Assembly: GCA_001724265.1 (NCBI GenBank)
Contig: MEDY01000290.1
Location: forward strand, 1 to 50,516
Length of the DNA stretch: 50,516 bases
Source of the DNA: Rhizaria sp. SCN 62-66
Lineage: Eukaryota
Direction of reading: 5' to 3'
Shown: positions 43,501 to 50,516 of the stretch, one piece after another
Position numbering within the stretch: the first letter of the stretch is position 1
Layout: every line of letters starts with the position of its first letter
Notes under the pieces: model-generated
The model's database searches: none
Told to the model about the DNA's origin: nothing
Seen by the model: only the letters and a program-made list of their open reading frames with translations
Position numbers and translations under genes: made by a program

Positions 43501-46107
43501 CCGCCTGCGCCGACGCGGCTGTTGTCGGCGCTCGCCGCGGCGCCGTTGTCCCCCGCCGTGCTTGCCACGGCCTTCCTGCCGCTGCCGCGCTCGCGCAGCG
43601 CCGTGCTTGTCCTGGCCGACCTCAACGGCAACCTCGCCACGGCGCGCCTGCCGCCCGCGGCGCCCGCGTCTTTCGCCTACCCGATCCCCACGCCGGCCGG
43701 GTTGCACAGGGCGTCGCCCGCCACGGCATACTCCAGCAACAGCAGCTTCGTGCCGCCAGCGCAACTCTTCCTCCGCGAAACCGCCCGTGCGCGCGCGGCG
43801 GCGGCGGCTGCGGAGGCCGCGGCTGCGGCGGCCGAGGCCGAGGCGGAGGCCGAGGCGGCGGCTGAGGCTGCGGCGGCGGCTGCTGCTGCTGTTGGCGGCG
43901 GCAATAGTGCTGCGGAGGCTCCTGTCAGCGCGAGCAAGAAAGCGAAGAAGGGCGCGCGCAACGCGGTGGCGGCGAAGGGGTCTGCAGGCAGTGTATCTGC
44001 CGCCGTTGCCTCTGCTGCTCTGACGCACACCTACGGTGCCAAGAATAACAACGCTAACGCTAGCACCAAGAGCAGCGAGTCCGCCGGAGGAGACTCTGGC
44101 TCCGCTGCGGCGCCATCCGATGCGCTGCTCTATGGGTTCGTCTCCGCTTTCACTCACTCATACGGCTCACTTGCCAACCCGAGCTCGAGCGTCGCAAATC
44201 CAAGCGGCAACACCGACGTCGAGGTTAAGAAGGAGCCTGATGTGCTGAAGAACAACACTGTTGTCTCTAAGAGTGCTCCCTCAAGTTCGAGTGTTAGTGG
44301 CGCAGCGTTGCTTTCCGCCTGCTTGTCCCACCCTCTGGCGTCCCCCCTAGCAGTGCCCCTCTTCACCCCATCTGTCCTCAGTGCGGCCACCACCAACAGC
44401 GGCGACGGCTCGAGCTCTAGTAGCAGTGCGATTGCGCTCAACGAGGTTGACTTGCCTCCTCTGGGCGGCTTGACTTCCGAACAGCACGCCCGTCAGTCTG
44501 CTGCTCGTCGCTACTTGCAGTCGCAGTCTCAGGGTAAGTACCCGCGCTCTAAGTACCTCCGCGCCTACTCGCGCCATGCGGCCTCGCTGCTCACCACCTC
44601 CGAGGGCCTGGCTTACACCGCGCTGCCGCTGAGCGCGTCGCCCGTTTTCGTGACGCACCACGCGGCCACCAACATCGACGTCGTCGTCGTCGCCAACCTT
44701 AAGCAGGCGCAGTCGCGCGAGGTGCCGTGTGCTCTGTCGCTCGCGGCTACCGAGGTGACACACCAGGTGCTGTTCCTTAACCGCGAGAGCGGCGAAGTGA
44801 TGGCCAAGTACGACGCTATCACCGATGACGAGCTGCCCACGGCGCTGCTGCCCATCACGCTCAACAAGGTGCCCTACTTGGCGCTCTCGCTCGCGTCTAA
44901 CAAGGGCGTCGAAAACCTCTCCAAGGGCCGCGTCGTGCTCTTCCGCCTCTCGTACACGCTCGGCTACACACATACTGGCGCGACCAAGTGGTTCCTTAAG
45001 GTGAAGCCGCACGAGCACGCAGAGCAGGGCCCCGTGACGGCCATATGCGAGATCGACAACATGCTCTGCGTCTGCGTTGGCGCGCGCATCATGCTGTACA
45101 GCATGGAGAACAACGTGCTCGACGGCAAGGCTTTCTTGGACGTCGAGGCGATGTGCACCAACATCTACGCCGTCAAGGACATGCTCGTCGCCACTAACGC
45201 CTACCGCGGCCTGATTTTGATCTGCTGGGACAAGGAGGCCAAGTCGTTGTATGTCCTGGGCAAGGACGGCGAGCACACGACCACCTTGTCCTCCGCCGTG
45301 GTCATCCACGAGGGGCCCGACGGGCCGGACGGCCAGCTCGCGCTCGGCCTGTCCTTCGCGGTCGCCGACGATAAACGCAACATCCAGCTGCTACGCTACC
45401 TCCCCGCGAGGAACCGCATCGCGAGCAACAACCGCTTGCTGCCGCGCGCCGACGCGCACTTGGGCACGCGCGTGCTGCATCTGCTGTCGCTGCGCGCGCC
45501 GTCGCTGACCGCGCTGACCGACGCCGCCGTCACGCTGCGCGCGCGCGCGTTGTCATTGTCGCCCGCGCTGGCCGCCGCGCGGCGTCCGCTGCTCTCGCAG
45601 CGCAAGGACCCGTCGGCGCTGGCGCGCTTACCGCCGCTGGCGCACGCGCGGCCGCCCGCCGCCGCGCCCACGGCCGTGACGGTGGCGGCGCTGGCGGCCC
45701 GCGACCGTGCGCGGCTGCTGCACCCGCTGCGCACGCTCCTGCTGGGCGCGGGACAGGACGGTGCGTTGCTGGCGATCGCGCCGCTGGAGCGCACCGTGTT
45801 CGCGCGCGTGATGGCCGTGCAGGTCGCGCTCGCGTGCGTGGCCCCGCAGGCGCTGGGGCTGAACCCGCTGGCGTTCCGCGCCTTCGCCGGCCCGCTGACG
45901 CAGCACCGCGAGGGTTACCGGCGCAACATTGTCGACGGGAACCTGCTCGAACTCTTCCTCTCGCTCGAGGTCGGCACGCAGAAGAAGATTGCGCACGCGG
46001 TCGGCGCGACGCCCGCCGCGGTGATCGATGCCGTGATGCTGTGCCAGCAGCTCATGAGGCTCGCGCCCGGGCTGCCCGCGTATGCTGCATTTGACCGCTA
46101 CGATTAA
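37594..46107 (+). CDS. CPSF1: Cleavage and polyadenylation specificity factor subunit 1 (CPSF160/Cft1), intronless, expanded to 2,837 aa
   Basis: Family motifs in order: PTVIEHSLRAHF...NLVVAK, DAKLSVVHFD, TWSGR, LPHDAF, NGVLI, FMGSRLADSLL, ACSG, EPTLACG...VVQVT, SKGRV, GPVTAI, ADDKRNI, RADAHLG, GLNPLAFR, RNIVDGNLL. Confidence 0.93.
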   Translation: MQTTFCVERELTRPTVIEHSLRAHFTSPDAINLVVAKATALEVFELRPEFADEVATTNNLAISHAPVQSSDAGASSSESINSSSSSTSSSNSSGASDDAAAITSRSGGSGSNSTNSVVESVLARQTQHPESASQPPLLRVLETRVYGRIEALRSIQLPHRDTHSLLVACPDAKLSVVHFDRATQSLQTLGMHCFDHWRPDGAGAATPAATRASAAAPPLLAVDGDSRCAAMACFGNQVMIFGHNHHQRALSATLGGANAGSNGSGSSSSASAGAGASSSLVPHNPTGVTSALCLSTTLAALPAPPAAKAASASAAAASAAAADTAAAAAAALTAAAASPLAHTMTLSLSQYLSCPTARVKDMLFLHDTATPSLLLLVETQRTWSGRYSAVKASCSLLVLSFPSLHSLPTLTTKLDHLPHDAFSLVPVPPSLPTSTLGRGSGSGTGAGAGARGESNGVLILSASCIYHFHNLVIAYTLATNEFGDNSEHSNNTSGSSGALYRTVPMATPSYSHSAGNGDGYSTNNSNSEDNVITACGIDLTHAKIAFFAANDVSNAANRSNAFGGGGGGRWGPSHMQQQPQSQQILALLTTATGAGYILTLQLSDANVRGMVLTPVAGADWGLFASTLTRLAKGVVFMGSRLADSLLLQICCSQLRSQNTTNADAEQQSGGFTPSGLTSALSGQTSAQPPALASTLLVRDTLPNLAPLTHLSAAPHASANDPVPPPQRPPSSCLGPGPRALQPTHAEQSAAVKGGAAPLPVRVSACSGYERGGKLVQFKQGVAPRLLAFAPVAAAPVLVSSSQPSSHDDGASSSGASAASSNASAPALFPFVPNAVTSLYPLLLPTALADTAAAAAANSVAGRPLAALAVVRNDHRRRRRLREKITATGVAGPGASAAAAAEVAETAAELARTAAAAAAFEQALVTFESEKKVLSGFLPAPPVSSAAAVDGSGSVSTPSDAVSASVQQSLLVVSLSDGTRVFEVADIALNDVQKHLQTLSHRTKVSTTNANAITNSNNSSGSNANSSTKTMTDADADSSKNDSSNADATSSDGASSSNDSPSDDAAEGNEEEAVALPEPVLMALDAILNTGALAEVTDQTRLRRHEPTLACGTVLGALGAVVQVTARAVVLFDGCYQELCSIKPTSQYAAGNAGNAGSMSNAAAGGAAASAGVGNAADAANGVNEDVVVVKAIVLDPYVVVELSNGALVSYYFNANPETEDWYAVAEVPPAIYRGLSAAGGAAGMNTTNHTGVDNAAVPAAHDGLSYDTSRLHFPPTQSIPPVFNHSSTSSYDPVTAITAQSVSLYSLFPVLTRALATLRDTAIANGLVTPHAQSASSSTASMATATTNVDGGVVAGAYRVARAVLQQLVRSGAIADRATASKAELDLTAMAKAAFSHIHTHGNGNGNDSSAVSIPGVASANARVDEMVVKLENEFLEHGAVDFLGPAARRSRAHTSGGGIFGDDSEDADVQLGAPNPSGSNNNGGGDDANDDSVALGLPPLPPLALLFVARVRVLEVYALETGQLLFATPTLGNRAPLLPNALHNNASSSSNASAAAGGRNSVAGAGEETAMVAATAATTAIAPAITDLCVPPPPASDPRAALHLFALAETGDLSILRAFEFAPASVWASLVTTAFATFVPLRSQQLGGSDAVVNASTTAVDPYTGSKVTSESASLWPFLLGAPSLWLSHTGSANSGAGAASRHSTRAQKSQWQAASQWQPSSLLSLLPLHALPLRFVLAPHTAATRPLAGERAAVDALAAALRTALDAVPSPPATPSAPSAPSSAAATAAAPFPFGLTAESANALYDMITASKTVTGQLLTQQQAEALQAEALTQTSLATAAATAAGGATAVASSAANAANSADSQQSQQPEQPQQQQQQQQLSAVASISANNSVKSLVLSRYFLSPAFDLPSLNKLTAFTDVSGHSGVLLSGTAPYLFAHSRGTYSAHPLLPPAAPLPPRMLPSLLLPPAPTRLLSALAAAPLSPAVLATAFLPLPRSRSAVLVLADLNGNLATARLPPAAPASFAYPIPTPAGLHRASPATAYSSNSSFVPPAQLFLRETARARAAAAAAEAAAAAAEAEAEAEAAAEAAAAAAAAVGGGNSAAEAPVSASKKAKKGARNAVAAKGSAGSVSAAVASAALTHTYGAKNNNANASTKSSESAGGDSGSAAAPSDALLYGFVSAFTHSYGSLANPSSSVANPSGNTDVEVKKEPDVLKNNTVVSKSAPSSSSVSGAALLSACLSHPLASPLAVPLFTPSVLSAATTNSGDGSSSSSSAIALNEVDLPPLGGLTSEQHARQSAARRYLQSQSQGKYPRSKYLRAYSRHAASLLTTSEGLAYTALPLSASPVFVTHHAATNIDVVVVANLKQAQSREVPCALSLAATEVTHQVLFLNRESGEVMAKYDAITDDELPTALLPITLNKVPYLALSLASNKGVENLSKGRVVLFRLSYTLGYTHTGATKWFLKVKPHEHAEQGPVTAICEIDNMLCVCVGARIMLYSMENNVLDGKAFLDVEAMCTNIYAVKDMLVATNAYRGLILICWDKEAKSLYVLGKDGEHTTTLSSAVVIHEGPDGPDGQLALGLSFAVADDKRNIQLLRYLPARNRIASNNRLLPRADAHLGTRVLHLLSLRAPSLTALTDAAVTLRARALSLSPALAAARRPLLSQRKDPSALARLPPLAHARPPAAAPTAVTVAALAARDRARLLHPLRTLLLGAGQDGALLAIAPLERTVFARVMAVQVALACVAPQALGLNPLAFRAFAGPLTQHREGYRRNIVDGNLLELFLSLEVGTQKKIAHAVGATPAAVIDAVMLCQQLMRLAPGLPAYAAFDRYD
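44528..44546 (+). repeat. Dispersed motif copy CTCAGGGTAAGTACCCGCG, followed by a second copy CTAAGTACC at 44549
   Basis: Identical to 12121-12139 but translated in a different frame (SQGKYPR versus LRVSTR). Confidence 0.9.
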
Positions 46108-46518
46108 GCCTCAACAGGTGAACTCTGTCTTCGCATGACATGTTGTTGATCAAGTTTGAGTTTGTCTATGGAATTATAAATAATGATTTCATAATTGTTT
46201 TCTATAGTTTATTATTCTGTTTTTGGTTCAGAGATTATTCGTTTTGAACAATACAACAGTTGTTTTTTTAAAACTTCACTTGCTTGTCACCTTCTGTGGA
46301 ATTTTGTGACACTTGTGACTGTATACTTCCGCGTTGAGCAGAAGTGATGATAATTTTCACCGTTCGGGTTTATAAAATAAACACGATAATTTATCTGTCA
46401 ATTTGAATCAGTCATTTATTATGAATGTGGCTTTCTAGGTAGCAGTGCGTTGGTTTTACTGGCCCGCTCCAATCAGCTATAACTATTAAGATGAAGTAAA
46501 CAATTTCAACAGCGGGCT

Positions 46519-47535
46519 TCACTCGCTGTTCTTGTCACCATCGTCATTGCCCTCAGCGGCGACAGGCACCGCGTCGCTGTCGTTCTTGCTCTCCACCGCC
46601 GGGATCGTCTTGTCCACGCCCGCGGTAATCGCGCTGCCCGCGGCGTCGACGTCGGCCTGCGTTTCGTGCCGCACCGCGGTGAGGTGGAAGCGCAGCTCTT
46701 CGTCGTCCATGCCGCCCTGCGCGTAGACCGCGAGCATCTGCACGCACTTGATGTTGAGCACGGCCGAGATCAGCGCCGTGTCGTACTCGTCCTGAGGAAG
46801 CAACAGCAGCAAAACAGATAACACAAACATGATGTAATATGAGACAGAAGATGGGGCTGGAAACAAAAATCTATGTTGAGCGTGATGTGAATACATTATA
46901 TTTGGGTTCCGCTATGATGTGGGTTCACAACATGGCGTTTGTGACATGAAATATGGAATTTGTGTGCGACATTAACGTGCCTGTGAGTCGTAGCACGTCT
47001 TGAGTGCGAGCGCAGTGCGAATGGGAATGTCTTCAAGCCAGGGCAGCGGGAGCTCGTCGCCGGGACTAACGCGGCCCGAGTTGGCAAGGTATGTGATCAC
47101 GCGGTAGTACGGGGGGTTCATCGCGGCGATGCAGAGAGGGGACGGGAGCAGCGCAGTTGGGACGGGGTACTCAGCGCCTGACAAGAGCGAAAACAAAGAT
47201 AGAGAATCAATATAAAGTCAACATCAGATATGACACACAAAAGCTTTACACCGATATGCCGCTTATGTAATAGTCGAGTTACATCTCTAATCGTTGTGAG
47301 CAGTGCTCATGCGTGTGCTTTTTTATATGCGCGTACCTTGCTCGTCAAGGAGCTTCTTGAGGTCGTCGAGCTTGCCGAGCGCTGCAGCCATGTGCACCGG
47401 GGTCAGGTTCGCAACTTGAATCGGCTGGGGGAACGCTAAGATGGCAGCATATTGCTCAGCAGTGAGACCGTCGGTGTCAGGGTCCGATGCAGCTGAGGTA
47501 GAGGCGGCAGCGGAGACGTCTGCGGGGTCAGACAT
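46519..47535 (-). CDS. Small ankyrin-repeat protein; exons 47535-47337, 47177-46981, 46791-46519 (~222 aa); second intron is GC-AG
   Basis: ANK-like LTPVHMAAALGKLDDLKKLLDEQGA (across intron 1), SPLCIAA...VITYL and DTALISAV...IKCVQML. Intron 1 is GTACGC...TCAG; intron 2 is CAG|GCACGT...CTCAG, phase 0. Confidence 0.75.
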
Positions 47536-48010
47536 ACTTGCCTCTATAGCAACACAAAATAGAGTACAGAGAAGACATGGTAATCAGGCAATCAATATAA
47601 AATCATGAAGCACTATCAACTCAGCTCAATCACGATTTGACGATCAACTTCTCTAGATATTCGCGTGCCAAGTCTCGCATCTCTCCGAACGTTCGCCTTG
47701 TTTCGCATCACTTGTGGTCAGTATTAAGTCTTTAGCTATTGAGGATATTAATAAGCCGAAGCAGCATGATGTCTATCATGGTGTCACAACTCAGAATACG
47801 ATGAATATAGGCGCATCATTGTTGTCTTAACACAGTGTTGTATTGCCCGCATATCCTGGCCTGATGACGCTATCTACGCTCACTTGCGTATCAACTTCAT
47901 AGACTCACACTGAAAAACTTGCTATATATCACTCATACACTTAAATAACAATATCTACCCAAAGAACACACACCCATGCCACATATTGCGGACATATCCC
48001 GCCATATCCC

Positions 48011-49214
48011 TCACTTCTTGTTGTTGTTCTTGCGGGCCTTCTCGCGGAGCACGGCCTCACGGCCGCTGATGCGCTCCACAGTGGCCCCGGCGCCGTTGGC
48101 CGCGGCGGCCTTGCCCTTCTTGGTGGCGGACGAGTAGGAGCGGAAGATTTTGATTGCGATGAAGAGCGCCATGTACACCAGCGGGTTCACCTTGCGCAGT
48201 GAGATGATGACGCGCTGCACGGGCGACGCCGCCTCCCACTCGGCCGCCGCTGCCGCCGCGGCCTCGGCCGCGGTCTGCGTGTGAATGCCCACCACCTCGA
48301 TCTCCACCGCAACGTCGCCCTCAACATCAGCAGCCGCGGCAGCAGCGCTGTCACTGGCAGCGTTCGTGGCGGGCGCGAGGCGCGCGGCAGGCGGGAAGAC
48401 GGCGCTGCGGCGGGCCCCGGGGCAGGCGCCGTGGAGGATGTGCGCAAACGCGGGCGTGTAGTCGCCGCGGGGGACCGCTACGGGGGTCGCACTGACGCCT
48501 GAAAAGGGGGAGACGACGAGGAATCCAGGGTAAGAGATCAGAGAAGTTAATGTTGTTAGACCAGGTCATAAGATGAAGATTTAAGGTCTGATAGCAAACT
48601 GAGGTCAGGATTGACGTACTGGGAAGGGTGAGCGTGATGGGCGAGCCCTCCTCCTTGCTGTCGGCGGCCACGCGCGTCGACATCAGCGTCTTGGTCACAC
48701 CGTTAGCGCCAGCGCTCTCAGCGGCGGCGGCATCCTTGTTGTTGCCGTTGCTGTTCTGACGGACAGTGGCGTGAAAAGTGACCGTATCACCCGCGGCCGC
48801 CGGCGCGGCGCAGTTGCCGGCCTCCTCGGCGTTGGCGAGCGTCACGGCGACGCCCATGATGTCGCCAACGCTCACGGTCTGCTGGAGACTGCTGGCGCTG
48901 GCGCCGGCAGGGCGGTCCAGCGTGATGGCGGGACCGACCGCAGATTTGAGCGCAAAGGCGCCGACAAGAACGACGGTAAGGCCAATGACGGGGACGATCA
49001 TGTCCAGGAGGCCCGCGTCCTTGTTCGCAGCAGCCCCAGTCGCAACGGCGGAGTTTGCAGGGGCGGTAGTTGAGGCAGTCGCGGCGGAGGTGCTGTTGTT
49101 GTTGGCAACAGCGTTGCTGGGCTTGGTGGCACTAGGGGCACCCTTGCGAATAATGGGAACGCCACCAACACGGCGGACACCGGTAGAGTCGGACATTAGT
49201 GTGACTGCAGACAT
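48011..49214 (-). CDS. Membrane-anchored degenerate FKBP-fold (PPIase-like) protein; exons 49214 (or 49196)-48620 and 48498-48011 (~360 aa)
   Basis: TM-like MIVPVIGLTVVLVGAFAL; FKBP-like pattern C...GDTVTFH...STR...PITLTL / AF...L.GACPGARR...FPP...VEIEVVGI; second hydrophobic segment PLVYMALFIAIKIF; basic tail ending NNNKK. Intron GTACGT...TTTCAG at 48619-48499. Confidence 0.7.
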
Positions 49215-49608
49215 GTTTGCGTGCGCAGATTGGAGCAGAGCGAAGCAAGAGGCGAAGTGATGACGGGGAATAGACACCAAAGAGGTTAGATTGTCGACTT
49301 AAGTATACGAATTAAGCAAGCACATTGTCAAGTACATGAAGCAGCGCAGGGTCCCACTTTTTGCAATATTAACGATATAGAACGCGATATATAGACATGT
49401 CAAAATTAGGTTCACTTTCTCCTAGTCAGCGAGCGATGAAGGACCGACAGCCCGACGGGTTCGTAAAAATCTTTCTAAATTAGGCCAGGCGGCTAAATTA
49501 GAGAAGCCGCAAATTTGTCCTGGCAGCGGGGCAGGGTGCGGCCCGGTCGGTCACGAGGGCCCGAGAGAGGAGCACCTTTCGCTTCTCACCCGGAACGACT
49601 CTTCCAAG
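49215..49608. promoter_or_regulatory. Compact divergent intergenic/promoter region (FKBP-like and RPL24)
   Basis: Head-to-head starts about 400 bp apart. The same arrangement occurs at 449-961 and 36848-37593. Confidence 0.5.
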
Positions 49609-50516
49609 ATGGTTGTTAAGACGGAGGTACGTTATATTATTCATTTCTCTATGCCACATCTGTTGCGCTATATTTAAGCACTGTCGCACCGTTTTGTCGC
49701 CGCTGCGTCGGTTTGGCAACACCGTCCCTGCCCCAGAGCTCTTGACTCACACTGTGCCCGACTTCTCGCAACGCTCTTTGTGCTTCCCCTCGTCTACAGA
49801 CCTGCTTCTTCTCGGAGCTCAGGATTTACCCCGGCCAGGGCCGCCGCATCGTCCGCCGCGACGGCAAGGTATGTTCTTTTCCCCCTATAACGCCCCCTCG
49901 TTTGTCATCCATTCTCTCGTCCCGCTTCAGTACATCGCGCTCCTGCCGCCCCCTTACGAGCTCTCCACAGCACGGCACTGCCGCTGCCGCAGCCATCCGT
50001 CGGCACTCGATCACTGCAGACACTCCTATCGACAGAGTGCAGTTGTTCGCACCGTGCGCTTGATGCGTTTGTGAGAGTTCTGGACGTGTCTCATCGCCTC
50101 CGACAGAGCCTCTGCGTTGATGCCATACCGCCACTGCTTTTTGCAGTGCGTTGGCGTTGTTTTGGCGTTGTTTCTCCATGTGACTCTTTGCAGAGCTTAT
50201 CACTTACATCTTTAATTCCTCTGCTTTTCCTCCTTTGTCATTTCCCCTTTGGTTTGCCTGCCGTTCACAGCTCATGATCTTCATTGATCACCGCTGCATT
50301 GCCCACCACGTCAACCGCAAGAAGGCTCAGCGCCTCCGCTGGACCCGCTCGTGGCGCCGTGCCCACAAGAAGGTGAAGGCTGACAAGCTTACCACCAAGA
50401 AGCTTGTCAAGAAGGCCACCAAGACCTTCCGCTCCTTCTCCGGCATCTCCGTTGAGGAGATCCACGCCCGCTCCTCCGCCAACTCCGACTACAAGAAGGC
50501 CCAGCGTGAGGCTGCC
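49609..50516 (+). CDS. RPL24: 60S ribosomal protein eL24, 3' truncated by the window; exons 49609-49626, 49800-49868, 50271->50516
   Basis: The spliced product MVVKTE-TCFFSELRIYPGQGRRIVRRDGK-LMIFIDHRC...RKKAQRLRWTRSWRRAHKK...RSFSGISVEEI matches the eL24 pattern. Introns are GTACGT...CAG and GTATGT...CAG. Missed by the ORF track. Confidence 0.95.

Noticed and set aside
1-50516. Alternative genetic code, tRNA/rRNA genes, transposase or viral genes
   Set aside because: All gene models translate with the standard code and end at TAA or TGA; no such RNA genes or mobile-element ORFs were recognised by eye.

Overview
Gene-dense eukaryotic nuclear DNA with GC-rich exons, AT/pyrimidine-rich spliceosomal introns (102-402 nt) and the standard genetic code. 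A flagellated protist is inferred from CFAP54 plus a CDPK-type kinase. Hand-spliced gene models, left to right: the 5' part of an N/S-rich tandem-repeat protein (-, runs off the left edge); a giant 5-exon CFAP54 (+, 962-25889, ~8,103 aa); a myristoylation-motif CDPK-like kinase (+, 26491-32651, ~1,974 aa); a nitronate monooxygenase/FabK-like flavoenzyme ending in PTS1 -AKL (-); an intronless CPSF1/CPSF160 (+, 2,837 aa); a small ankyrin-repeat protein with a GC-AG intron (-); a two-TM degenerate FKBP (-); and RPL24 (+, runs off the right edge). Five observations stand out. (1) A dispersed, often palindromic DNA motif (TAAGTACC...CTTAG) sits inside unrelated exons in different frames and on both strands, including an identical 19-mer in CFAP54 and CPSF1. 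(2) Huge in-frame low-complexity inserts inflate conserved proteins, including ~1,190 aa with Cys/His modules inside the kinase C-lobe. (3) The intron donor consensus is shifted to GTACG: none of 12 introns uses GTAAG or GTGAG. (4) There is one well-supported GC donor, plus further candidates. (5) A perfect 42-bp palindrome with a 6-bp flanking duplication lies in an intron. All identifications come from motif recognition by eye; no searches were run.
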